DNA of 63,077 nucleotides, counting the filler, from an uncultured Methanosarcinales archaeon (GTDB lineage Archaea; Nanobdellota; Nanobdellia; Woesearchaeales; B54-G15), in the NCBI GenBank assembly GCA_964519225.1. It is 18 parts of 18 records of this genome, joined end to end, with 100 filler letters (N's around TTAATTAATTAA, not from the genome) between each part and the next. Parts side by side here need not be neighbours in the genome. Positions count along the whole stretch, not along the records: positions 51,109 to 53,171 come from CAZFJK010000044.1; positions 53,272 to 55,268 come from CAZFJK010000045.1; positions 55,369 to 57,314 come from CAZFJK010000046.1; positions 57,415 to 59,306 come from CAZFJK010000047.1; positions 59,407 to 61,194 come from CAZFJK010000048.1; positions 61,295 to 63,077 come from CAZFJK010000049.1; 12 more parts are not named here. The stretch is one strand, 5' to 3'. The notes under the pieces were generated by a model that searched no databases, was not told the DNA's origin, and saw only the letters and a list, made by a program, of their open reading frames with translations. Shown in pieces: positions 51,109 to 61,715 of this stretch; within the stretch, counting starts at the first letter, position 1; each line of letters starts with the position of its first letter. Position numbers and translations under genes: made by a program.

Positions 51109-51752
51109 TTCTTACTTTCTTACTCCAGTAAAGCAGATCAACGATGAGGGGTGTTATTTTGCTTTGAAATTCTTCTACGAAAAAGTGCTCAACGAAAAAT
51201 TTGATGAAAAGCTACCATTGGCTAAGAAGAGTTTAAAACACCTTTGGTATTAAGCAGAGAAAGAAATTAACAAAATGATGGAAGTAACACAAACATAAAG
51301 CACAAACTTGTTTTGATGTTTCTTTACTATGCTGGTCTCCGCTTAGATGAAGTTAGAAATCTGAAATGGCAAGACATAGACTTTGATAGAGGTATTATTC
51401 ATGCTAAAACGGCTAAAGGGGAAAAGGAAAGAGTTGTGTTCCTACATTCCAAATTAAAAGAAATGCTGGAAATCTATGATGTTAATAAGCAAGGTTTGGT
51501 TTTCATATCACAAAGGGGTAGAAAATACAACAAAAGAACAATTCAGCAAATAGCGAAGAATGCAGCAAGAAAAGCGGGAATAAAAAAGAAGGTTACTCCT
51601 CACACTTTAAGGCATAGCTTTGCAACACATTTGCTGGAGGCAGGGGCGGATATAAGATATATTCAGCAATTACTGGGACATAAAAGCTGAGAACAACCCA
51701 AATCTATACACATGCAAATAAAGACATAAAGAAGCTTGCCAATTTGCTTTGA
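51109..51752 (+). pseudogene. Second tyrosine recombinase of the same family, multiply frameshifted
   Basis: FALKFFY, YYAGLR..E, AKGEKER, TPHTLRHSFATHLLEAGADIRYIQQLLGH, TTQIYTH in a shifted frame. Confidence 0.85.
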
Positions 51753-51918
51753 CTCAGATTTTATTTAACTTTTCACTTTCCCTTATTTTCTCCTTAATTT
51801 TCCTTTCCCATTCTTCGTATTTCAAAATTCCTTTCTCTTCAAGTAATTCAACTAAAGCAGATAGCATATCATCTAATAACACTTCTTTCAACTCCTTAAC
51901 TTCTTTTTTTCCATTCTC
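51751..51918 (-). CDS. Small helical hypothetical protein (start frameshifted)
   Basis: Manual translation EVKELKEVLLDDMLSALVELLEEKGILKYEEWERKIKEKI; purine-rich coding bias on the minus strand. Confidence 0.5.
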
Positions 51919-52079
51919 ATTTCACCTTAACATCAACTATTATTGCTTTCTGGTTTCTAATATTCCACTATTTTTCTCTGGGTTAAGTTTTAATAGCCTA
52001 TCTATCCTTCCTCCACCACCAATCACAAATTTGTTTTTCAAGAACTTTTGGGTCAACAGTTTCTTTTAACTTATTGTTG

Positions 52080-52174
52080 GTATAACGTTCTGCGGATAAA
52101 AGAAGTTACCCAAGGCAATTTGGGTCAAAGCGAGCAAAAAGCGAAGTTTTGCCTCATAACCGGCCTTGGTAAGC
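52080..52174 (-). other. Degenerate attC-like site
   Basis: Minus strand: GCTTACC ... GACCCAAATTGCC..GGTAACTTCTTTTATCCGCAGAAC-GTTATAC, immediately after the stop of the upstream gene. Confidence 0.6.
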
Positions 52175-52178
52175 AAAA

Positions 52179-52835
52179 TCAATTTTTTCCCCTATGCGAT
52201 ATGAATGATTTTCGAGGCCCATAGATAATTACACTTGAGCCAACGTCCTGCATCATAGTATCAGGGGAATAGGATAACAGCAAGACGATCATTATCAAGT
52301 CACCTGCTGAACCTGCTGCATTGAATGCAACAAAGAATATAAGGAAGGGTATGAAGAAAGCTGGTACCACCACGATCAACAGCAGTCCGATAATTGTCAG
52401 CAATATGAGGGGTGCTATCCCCACAGTAAGGTATTTATTGCGGGGATAATAGACATCTGACGGCGATGCTACATAAAAACCAAGAGCTTTGAGATTAAAT
52501 TCGGGACGTTTGCCAGCGAGTCGCCAGAAAAACACACCATGAACAAGTTCATGTAAGAGCAATACCAGCACAAGGGCAAGGAATATTCCAGTCATCAGCG
52601 GGAGAGTAAATGAGAAGGTAGTATGTTCAGATGTTTTGGTCAGAATATCACTGAATCCCGAACCTTCTAGGGCGGCAGGGCGAAAAATGGCTGAAAATTT
52701 CGCGACCAGCCAGATCGCTGTAAGGAACAACACAATGAAAGAAACGACCGCAGCAGCCATGGCTATTTTATTCTTCGAAATGTCAATTGTCGCCAGTGGG
52801 CTATAGTGTGATGGCAGCACTCTTGTAACATGCAT
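52179..52835 (-). CDS. DUF3267 putative membrane zinc metallopeptidase (cassette gene)
   Basis: LHELVHG, IAPLILL, NAAGSAGDL; GTTATGC core about 40 nt upstream (52871-52877). Confidence 0.85.
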   Translation of the reverse strand: MHVTRVLPSHYSPLATIDISKNKIAMAAAVVSFIVLFLTAIWLVAKFSAIFRPAALEGSGFSDILTKTSEHTTFSFTLPLMTGIFLALVLVLLLHELVHGVFFWRLAGKRPEFNLKALGFYVASPSDVYYPRNKYLTVGIAPLILLTIIGLLLIVVVPAFFIPFLIFFVAFNAAGSAGDLIMIVLLLSYSPDTMMQDVGSSVIIYGPRKSFISHRGKN

Positions 52836-53051
52836 AAATAAAATTGGATAATTTATCCATATAAAGTATTGCATAACGCCAGGCACTGAATTTAATGTCA
52901 ATTAAGTACAAGTCAACTTTCTTATTAATAATTGAGAATTTTGAAAAACCTTCTTGCCGTCAACCCTACCAAACACAATAAACCACTAAAAAATCTTTTT
53001 AACCAAAACCGAAAGCATTATTATTAATTCTTTTTTCCTAATATACTAATT

Positions 53052-53171
53052 GTGAACTCTCTAATCGACTATTCTTTGAATGAAGAGTATGAAAAGGTCA
53101 AACGTCTTGGTGATATGCTTGCAGATGTCGAACCTCTCATTGATTGGGGGCATTCCGCCCCATCATAAGTG
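53052..53171 (+). mobile_element. IS5-family transposase N-terminal fragment (euryarchaeal type)
   Basis: MNSLIDYSLNEEYEKVKRLGDMLADVEPLIDW/AFRPII with a frameshift; contig ends. Confidence 0.65.
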
Positions 53172-53416
53172 NNNNNNNNNNNNNNNNNNNNNNNNNNNNN
53201 NNNNNNNNNNNNNNNTTAATTAATTAANNNNNNNNNNNNNNNNNNNNNNNNNNNNNNNNNNNNNNNNNNNNGGGCACGCCAAGAGGTAATTTCAATACAT
53301 TCAGTAATCCTTTAAGTCTTTAAAGTGTTATTCGCGAAAACAAACTTAGCGCGCTTAACTCCTTATGCATAAATTGTAGTTATCTACAAAACTCTATGGT
53401 GATAAATTGTTTAGGC

Positions 53417-54726
53417 TTATTTCTTGTCGTAAATAGTTGATAACTTCATTTCTTCAAACCATCTCTTTAAGTCTTTCTCATTTTCTAATCTAAACTCATT
53501 CTTAATAAATAGAAACTTAAGAATGACTTGTTGAACCAGATTTACTAACATCTCTAATTTTTCATAGTCAACTTTGCACTCACCATGATGAATATATGCA
53601 GATCTAAACTTATACATTTTCTTTAGAAATTTCTTGATTTTTATTCTTTCTTCATAGCTGTTTCCTAGTAAGAAAGCCGATCTTTCTGCGATATTATTAG
53701 TAATGGGCTCATCATCAAAGATTAACAACGATTCAAGTGAGGTGAAAAGCTTTAATAACCGATCGTTCATGGGAATCTCTTCAAAAATAATGCCCTGTGG
53801 TATTTTAGAGGGAAGACCTAAACCTATGGGTCCTTTTATAATTGATTTTGTAACAACAACATCACATGCAGCACCAAAAAGACGAATAGAGGTAAGAAGC
53901 CTCCTATCTAAATGGGTCAAATGATCCTTCATTAGTATTTCATTTAAGGATTGAAAACCAAGTTTCATCATGTACTCTATTGAGTTACTACTTATTGTAA
54001 ATGGGATGTATGAGCCTACACGTTCCCTAGTATACCCGGGAAGTTTCCACTCTTTCTTGTAATTAATAGTAATTCTAATCGTACCTGGAATAATTTTCCC
54101 TTTTACATTAAAATGCCCTCAGGATCATGAATATGAGAAGAAAACAGGAACAATTTCAGTATTGACAAAGCCATTTCAACCATATCATATGCTTTCAACT
54201 GTGCTATTCTATCTCTCCCTTCAACTTCAACATGCGCGCATGCTTTATTTTCAAGTTGTGAAAGAACATTTTCGTCAAAGAATTCAACCATATCCTTCTT
54301 AGTTTCAAGCTTGTAATAAGGATTATTCTTTAATATTTCCCATAATTTATCCTTAAATTTCCTTCTTTTGTCGATAGTGAACGTAAAAAAGGCGACTTTC
54401 CCAACCTTTATTGAATCTACATTAAGTTTCATATTTTCTATAGGAATTATGAAATTCCACGTACCCAAAGATCCATTAAGCTCACGATCAAACCTAACTA
54501 ACCAATTTTTTATATAATCAAATCTTTCTTCACCCTTCCTAATACGAGCATGCGAAACGATTTTCCTAACCACAGACTCAACTTCTTTTGAAGAGTAACC
54601 TTCCCTAACAATCCGCTTTCTCCTTATCTCAGAGATTACATCGTTTAATATTTCTCTCCGTTCCTCTGGGCTCTCTACATCACAAAGTGCAACCACATAT
54701 TCACATACCTTTCCCATATCAAACAT
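53417..54726 (-). pseudogene. ApeA-like HEPN protein split by one frameshift near 54115
   Basis: C-terminal LFTSLESLL...IAERSAFLL...YKFRSAYIHHG (Rx4H); the frame of the 3' ORF is open back to about 54115. Confidence 0.75.
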
Positions 54727-54976
54727 TGCTAAATGAATCCTTATACTTAATTATAAACAATTTGAACATAGCTTTGAAGATAAAAACCTAATATGAGTTA
54801 TGATTGACTCGAATATGAAAAGAGGGCGCGTCTGCAGCACTCCTTAACAGGAAGCAGAGAGTTTCCTAATAGGTTAATAAGGTGGTTCGCGCGCGGAATC
54901 TTCCTATAATTGCCAAAAGAATCCAAGAAATCTCATATCCAAAGACGGTTATTAAACAACTGAAAAAACCTGCACA

Positions 54977-55268
54977 TCATAATCTTAAACATATTTCGAG
55001 CAAAACGAAAGACCCTTATTTTCCCGACATATCTTCACCCGAAAAGGTCCAGGCGCTGTATAAAAGGCAAACTCGTCAATTTTCATACCCCCCGTTAAAG
55101 TACGATCACCAAATCTAACCCCTGAAAGGTTTGCTCCCCTAAGGTTTGCTCCTCTAAGGTCTGCTCTAAAAAGGTCTGCTCCTCCAAGGTTTGCTCCCCT
55201 AAGGTTTGCTCCTCTAAGGTCTGCTCCTCCAAGGTTTGTTCTCCTAAGGTTTGTTCTCCTAAGGTTTG
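54977..55268 (-). CDS. Pentapeptide-repeat protein, C-terminal part
   Basis: 15-bp tandem repeats at 55126-55268 translate on the minus strand as [20 protein letters not shown]... Confidence 0.85.
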
Positions 55269-55446
55269 NNNNNNNNNNNNNNNNNNNNNNNNNNNNNNNN
55301 NNNNNNNNNNNNTTAATTAATTAANNNNNNNNNNNNNNNNNNNNNNNNNNNNNNNNNNNNNNNNNNNNAGACCCGTAAAATAAAACTATGGTAGAGCTGT
55401 GTACCAAACCAATACTTTTATAAACATAATATAGAAACTTTATTCA

Positions 55447-56805
55447 ATGAAAGAGGGAGAATCTGAAACATTAGAATTCAAAAAATCTACAGCACAATTG
55501 GAAAAAGCATTAAAGTCGATCTGTGCTTTTTTAAATCATAAAGGAGGAGTAATTTATTTTGGAATTGATAATAGAAAAGTTGTTGGACAGGAAGTTTCTG
55601 ATAATACAATGATAACAATATCACAAAAAATTAGGCAGAGAATAAAGCCTGAGGTATCTCCAGAGATAAGAGTTTTGGAAACTGAAGGCAAGAAAGTGAT
55701 TGAAGTTAAAGTAAAGGAAGGAAATAATAAACCCTATTATCTGGATGGAATTGCCTATAAAAGAGTGGGAACTGAAAATCCAGTAATTCCTCCAGAAGAA
55801 TTAGAGAGAATTATCCTTGAGAAGAGAAAAAGGTATTGGGATTCTGAGATTTGTGAAGGTGCAAATTTAGATGATATTGACGAAGAAAAGGTAAAACGGT
55901 TTTTGAGAAAGGCGAAATATGAGAGGAATTTCGATGTTGAATCAAAAAACGCAGAAGAAGCTTTGGAAAGGTTGGATTTAATGAAGAATGAAAAATTAAC
56001 AAATGCCTCAATTTTATTGTTCGGGAAAAACCCGCAAAAGTTCTTTTTGCAAGCAGAAACAAGATGTGCCAGATTTAAGGGAACAACTGCGGTTGACTTT
56101 ATTGACATGAAATTGATCGATGGAGATATAATTGATCAAGTAGAGAAAGCGGAAAACTTTGTTCTTTCTCATATCAAAAAAGCCGCTAAAATAGTTATGT
56201 TTGCACGGGAAGAAGTATGGGAATATCCTCCCGATGCTTTAAGAGAGGCTATAGTAAACGCTGTCTGCCACAGAGATTATTCTATCTCTGGCAACATCAA
56301 AATAGCCATATTTGACGATAGAATAGAAATATCAAATCCGGGGCAGTTACCAGAACCATTAACTCCACCCATGCTTAAGAAAAAACACGATTCTATCCTG
56401 AGAAATCCTTTAATTGCCAACAGTTTCTTTTTGATAAAAAATATTGAACAATGGGGTAAAGGAACCAATAAAATAATCCAGTGGTATGTTGAACATGGCC
56501 TGAAAGAACCGGACTTCGAGGAAATTGGTGGGGGGTTTGAAGTTGTATTTTATGCTCCTGAAGATATACTAAAACTAATTCCTGAAAAAGGAAGGACAAA
56601 TCTTAAAGAATTAGGATTGAATGAGAGACAAATTGAAGCATTAAAGCTGATGGTAAACGAAAATCAGAACTTGAATAACCAAAAATACCGTGAGTTATTT
56701 AGGGTCTCCACAAGGACTGCTTCGAGGGAATTGAGTTTTCTTGTTGAAAAAGGATTGATTAGACGGTTGGGAAAAAGAAGAGGTGCTACCTATGTTTCAA
56801 AATAA
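55447..56805 (+). CDS. Schlafen/AlbA_2 + HATPase-like (RecG-C-like) + wHTH protein
   Basis: ESETLEFKKS..ICAFLN..GGVIYFGI; REAIVNAVCHRDY, SNPG, RNP.IA; C-terminal LNERQ...HTH. Confidence 0.9.
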   Translation: MKEGESETLEFKKSTAQLEKALKSICAFLNHKGGVIYFGIDNRKVVGQEVSDNTMITISQKIRQRIKPEVSPEIRVLETEGKKVIEVKVKEGNNKPYYLDGIAYKRVGTENPVIPPEELERIILEKRKRYWDSEICEGANLDDIDEEKVKRFLRKAKYERNFDVESKNAEEALERLDLMKNEKLTNASILLFGKNPQKFFLQAETRCARFKGTTAVDFIDMKLIDGDIIDQVEKAENFVLSHIKKAAKIVMFAREEVWEYPPDALREAIVNAVCHRDYSISGNIKIAIFDDRIEISNPGQLPEPLTPPMLKKKHDSILRNPLIANSFFLIKNIEQWGKGTNKIIQWYVEHGLKEPDFEEIGGGFEVVFYAPEDILKLIPEKGRTNLKELGLNERQIEALKLMVNENQNLNNQKYRELFRVSTRTASRELSFLVEKGLIRRLGKRRGATYVSK

Positions 56806-56929
56806 TTTTTGGCTGAATAATCCAGATCATGGCGTTTTTTTGGCCGATTTAGATTGTGGCGGAATTATTGAAAATTTGGCGGAATTATGGCGAAATTATA
56901 ATGTATACAAAGCCCAGCAATTTCCGGCA

Positions 56930-57178
56930 AAAGATACTAAAAAAGGCTTGAATGAAAGGCAGATTAATGCTGTCATGTTTGTAAAAAAAGAAGGAAAGAT
57001 AACCAACAGAAAGTATCAAGATTTATTTAAGGTTTCAAGACAAACAGCCTCAAGAGAACTTTCACATCTTGCACAAAAGGGCATATTCAAACAGGTAGGG
57101 GTAACAGGAAAAGGAACATATTACACATTAGTCCAAACGTCTCACAAACGTCTCACAAACGCCTCAAAGGGGTCATAA
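56930..57178 (+). pseudogene. Orphan wHTH tail of a paralogous AlbA/Fic-type gene
   Basis: GLNERQINAV..ITNRKYQDLFKVSRQTASREL duplicates the preceding C-terminus. Confidence 0.6.
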
Positions 57179-57560
57179 AATGTATGCAAAAATGAAAAGT
57201 ATGAAAGCAACGTTAATAGGAACACTACCACCAATAAAAGGAATAAGTCCCTACTGTTTGGAATTGTCATCAAAAATAGTGTGGAATGTGAAACCAAAAG
57301 TTTTTATACCTTTGNNNNNNNNNNNNNNNNNNNNNNNNNNNNNNNNNNNNNNNNNNNNTTAATTAATTAANNNNNNNNNNNNNNNNNNNNNNNNNNNNNN
57401 NNNNNNNNNNNNNNGAAGAAAGCGATTGTGGATGCTGTAAAGTGCCATTTTGAAGAGAAGGAAATGCCACGTATACTAAAATTTGTTTGCAGAAAAACTT
57501 TTTAATAATCATACTGTTTATAAAAAGAAAAAGCCATATGGTAAAATTGGAGGGAAAGAA

Positions 57561-59177
57561 ATGAGCGTATCTAAACCCGGTATTGCTCAAGAAACTGTTG
57601 ATAGGCTTATTGAAAGTGCGGCAAGTGGAGAATTTGACATCCCGGAGTTTCAAAGGGAATTTGTTTGGAGTAAGAATCAAGTTGCAGACCTGCTTGATTC
57701 ACTGGTAAACGGCTATCCGATAGGCTCTATCTTAATATGGGACCTGAGTAATTATAGCCAAGGTAGGCATATATATGACGATCGTCCAAGAAAATGGATA
57801 GTTGATGGACAGCAGCGAATTATTGCTCTCTGCCTTCTAAAACAAAGAAAACCGTATTGGCTTGGTGCAGAATATTGGAATGAAAAAATCCAAAAATATA
57901 GGATAAAGGTTAACATACTCACTTTAGAGATTAAGCTGGAATATCCCACTATTAGGCATAAACCTGAATGGGTATATCCTCGTGAAATTTTTAATGTGGA
58001 GAACTTAGTAGTGCTCGCTAAGGAGTTAGCGACAAAATTAAACAAAAACGAGTTTTTTCCAAGAATTTATGATAACGCAAAGACAATTCAAGATATTCTG
58101 GGCATTGATATACCCCTTATTAAAATAAACACATCTTTAGAAAACGTAGCTACTATTTTTGAGAGGTTAAACAACGCCGGTACAAGAATAAAGCAGGCAG
58201 ATGTAACCTTATCTTATATTGCTGCATACAATGAAGGGTGGTTACGGAAAAAATTTATGAAATATCTTGAAGATTTAGATGATGAAGGTTTTTACTTTGA
58301 CCCCACATTGCTCATAAGAGCGATAACTTCGGTTGGAGAGGACAAAGCTGTTTTAAGAGATGTCAGCGAAGATTTTCTAAGGAACAAGGACGATTTATTA
58401 GAAGATGCTTTTTCAAAATTCAAGAACAGCCTGAACAGGTTAATATTAGATTTTAGAAATGTTGGTATCTTATCATCAGAGCTAATTTACGCCAAAAATA
58501 CAATAATTCCTTTAATTTACCTCCATAGCAAGTTTGAAGGTCAGTTTGAATTTAAGAAGGCTTTCTTATTCTTATTATTAGCCCTATGGCAAGGGAGATA
58601 TAGCGGTTCCGCTGAAACAACTTTGCAAGAAGACATAAATAAAATTAAGAATGCTGAAAGTTTTGAAGAGGCAATAAAGCAATTAGTTAAAGAATTGAAC
58701 ATTACCCAAGTAACTGAAGATGTGATTGATAATGCGATTCATTATCAAGGAGAAGGCAGATTTTTCAAACTAATCCTTTACTTGATTGCTTACAAGAATA
58801 ATGCGGCAGATTGGTTTACAAAAGTCAGATTGGGTTTCACCAAACATAACGAAATAAACAAAGACTTCACCATCGAAGACCATCATTTCTTCCCTCGCAA
58901 CGTTTTAAGGAGCATAGGAATTGAGAAAGACGAGAGAGAACTGTTAGCAAATATAGCTTTCATTAATCCTGGCACTAATAAAAGACTTAGAGATCAACCC
59001 TATACTTATATCCAGAAATATAACATAGATAAAGGTGAATTACAAAAGCAATCAATTCCAATAAACGAGGAGTTATGGAAAATAGAAAACTATAAAGCAT
59101 TTTTAGAGGAAAGGTCAGAGTTGATTACAAAAGGAATAAACCAATTCCTAACAAGTCTATATCCCTCTTTATTCTAA
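57561..59177 (+). CDS. GmrSD-like DUF262 (ParB/Srx-fold) modification-dependent restriction protein
   Basis: IPEFQREFVW, YPIGSILIW, VDGQQR, IFERLN.AG; C-terminal DHHFFP...LANI..N HNH-like motif. Confidence 0.88.
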   Translation: MSVSKPGIAQETVDRLIESAASGEFDIPEFQREFVWSKNQVADLLDSLVNGYPIGSILIWDLSNYSQGRHIYDDRPRKWIVDGQQRIIALCLLKQRKPYWLGAEYWNEKIQKYRIKVNILTLEIKLEYPTIRHKPEWVYPREIFNVENLVVLAKELATKLNKNEFFPRIYDNAKTIQDILGIDIPLIKINTSLENVATIFERLNNAGTRIKQADVTLSYIAAYNEGWLRKKFMKYLEDLDDEGFYFDPTLLIRAITSVGEDKAVLRDVSEDFLRNKDDLLEDAFSKFKNSLNRLILDFRNVGILSSELIYAKNTIIPLIYLHSKFEGQFEFKKAFLFLLLALWQGRYSGSAETTLQEDINKIKNAESFEEAIKQLVKELNITQVTEDVIDNAIHYQGEGRFFKLILYLIAYKNNAADWFTKVRLGFTKHNEINKDFTIEDHHFFPRNVLRSIGIEKDERELLANIAFINPGTNKRLRDQPYTYIQKYNIDKGELQKQSIPINEELWKIENYKAFLEERSELITKGINQFLTSLYPSLF

Positions 59178-59406
59178 CTAAATCTGCGAGAAGATTATCA
59201 GGGAAAAATCTTAAGGTAGAGAAGTAAAAAACTATGAAGCAAGACTCCTTATATGAAAAAGCATTAAAAGAGCTTGAGAACATGGTAAAGGATGCTTTTA
59301 AAGAGANNNNNNNNNNNNNNNNNNNNNNNNNNNNNNNNNNNNNNNNNNNNTTAATTAATTAANNNNNNNNNNNNNNNNNNNNNNNNNNNNNNNNNNNNNN
59401 NNNNNN

Positions 59407-61121
59407 GCTAAAATTTTTTTTATTTCTCCAAGAGATTGTATCTTATTTGAGTATGGAATGCCATAAACTTGCTCTAATTTTTCAAGAACATCATCATAAT
59501 AATCGCAGAGATAATAGTTCTGTTGAAGGTGTGTGCATTCAGCATTACTCATGCTTTCTAGTAGTTTCCCAATACTGAATTCGTGGTTTGTTTGCATTTG
59601 AAGAATGCGTGTTATCAGTAAGGCGACGAAGCAAGTTAGGAAGTGAGCATGAATGTGGTCTTGTCTAGATACAAAAACGGGTCTGGCTTCTAATTCACTT
59701 TTGGTTATTTTAAAGGATTCTTCTATCTGCCATAATCCTCGATATATCTCAATAATGCGATCATCACTTTCTTTATATTCACTTGTAATTAAGACATAAT
59801 ACCCATCAAGAGCTTCTTCGGCAAGGAGCTTTTTTTCGTCAATCTCAAGGATAGAACTGGCTTCTAAAATTTCACCTGTTTCTTTATCAAAATCAATCTT
59901 TTTAATATATTTGTTTGCCCCATATGAAGTGGCGCTGGTATATTTTCCGGGATTCTTGGCCAAATCTTGAGCCTTTGCTAGAGCTGCGGCACGATCGGCT
60001 TTAGCGCGCTTATCATATTTTTCACTGTAGAAAACAACTTGTTTTTCGTGGACAGTTTTTTTGAGTTTTTTACCTGTGTTGGTCGTTATGTAAATGGTTC
60101 GAGGGTATAATCTGGATTTTCGCTTGTACTCAGAACTCAGCCAGGTGTAACCGTCTTCTTTTAAAACATAATCTTTTAATTCTTGATTAGCACCCCGGAC
60201 AGACATGCTAAAAACATACCCATCTTTATCGGGTGTATGAGTGGTGAACCAAATGTTGTCCCCTGTGGTCATACCTTTATCAGCGACAGCAATGACGCGT
60301 CCAAGCTCATATTCTTTTTTTATTCGGCTGAAATTTGGCCGGTAAGTTAAGCAATCATTAGTGTTTCCTGAAAAAAGCTCGTAAGTAATAGGCAGTCCAT
60401 TATTATCCATGAAGAGACCCATCTGAACAATGGGATTGGGACGATGTTCTTTTGAAACGCCTTTTCTTTTGAAATCAGTCATTTTATCCGTTTCAAAGTA
60501 ATAATTGGTAACATCATAATAAATCAGACTCGTATCACGACCGTAGTTTTCTTTGACCTTTTTGTTTAACCAAACTTGAAGATCGGCTTCATATTTATTT
60601 AGAAAGGTTAAAAAGCGGTAGACATCATCCAAGGAGTAGGAGCTTTTCTCAAAAAACTTATCTTTATTCTCAAAAGCTTTCTTTTTGGAAGAAGGATAAA
60701 GAAGCCGGTTATATACAAGGAGTTCCATGATGTGATTTGCGTTATATTCTATCTTTGCATGGCGCTGACGATTAGTGAGAAAAGTATGAATGCCGAGTGT
60801 GTGATAAACAGAACTGGCCGCAGCATAGCCAAGATTTTTTCTGATCTTCGCATTCTTTTCTAGCTTTTCAATAGGCGAAAACTGAAAGACAAGAGAAGCC
60901 TTTTTTTCCTTTTTTTGAATTTTCAGCTGTTCCACGTGTTTCTGGAAATGAGCGATTGGATCATCATACTGTTTTTGGAGTTCATCAAGATATCCCAACG
61001 ATTCAATAGTTTTAGAGCGAGAACACTTTTTTTTCTTATCATAATAGGAATCCGTAATCGAAAGATATATCCGACCGGAAGAATTTTTAGTCTTTTTAAG
61101 ATGCAAGTTAACCACCTCCAT
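59407..61121 (-). mobile_element. IS1634-family DDE transposase (3' end cut)
   Basis: YYDVTNYYFE, GVSKEHRPNP, VADKG, YRGLWQIEESF..KSEL.ARP. Confidence 0.92.
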
Positions 61122-61294
61122 AGTTCTATTATATCATAATTCGATAGATTACGCCATACAAATATGACTAAAAATAAAAAAAAATAAAGCCTGANNNNNN
61201 NNNNNNNNNNNNNNNNNNNNNNNNNNNNNNNNNNNNNNTTAATTAATTAANNNNNNNNNNNNNNNNNNNNNNNNNNNNNNNNNNNNNNNNNNNN

Positions 61295-61459
61295 CCTATT
61301 TTCTGTTTTATCAAAGTATCTATTTTGGATTATAACACGTCCTTTTTTAGCAGGTAACTTTTGTTGGGGTTCGAAGATAGCAGATTTTATAATTTCTTCA
61401 GGGATATTCCTTCGGTGTGCTTCAAATTTCGCATGATTTGTTAAAATAATTTGTTTCAT
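61295..61459 (-). CDS. DUF4258-like small protein (partial)
   Basis: IILTNHAKFEAHRRNIPEE.I. Confidence 0.65.
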
Positions 61460-61580
61460 ACACTCCTTGCCTTTTCCAGTCTATTTTTTACCAGTTCACA
61501 TACAGCCCAATAGACTTCTCTTCTCTCATCTTCAGTAAGGCCAAGGATGCCAAAGATAATGTCATCCAAGGCTTTACGGT
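61456..61580 (-). pseudogene. C-terminal remnant of a type IIG-like R-M methyltransferase
   Basis: RKALDDIIFGILGLTEDERREVYWAVCELVKNRLEKARSV with no upstream gene body. Confidence 0.6.
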
Positions 61581-61715
61581 AGGCTAAAGCACTAATGGCA
61601 AAGTTTTCGAAATAAGCTTCGTTGAAGAGACGCTGCATAATTATTGGCCTTTATTTAGCAAGGATAAAAATCTCCTATCTCCAGATTACAAACATTAAAT
61701 TAACTTAGCCTTCTC

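Noticed and set aside
51749..52069. F/S-rich 106-aa plus-strand ORF
   Set aside because: It is the shadow of a K/E-rich minus-strand coding segment.
55126..55268. 15-bp tandem repeat as a CRISPR array or VNTR
   Set aside because: There are no spacers; the period is five codons and it translates as a pentapeptide repeat on the minus strand.
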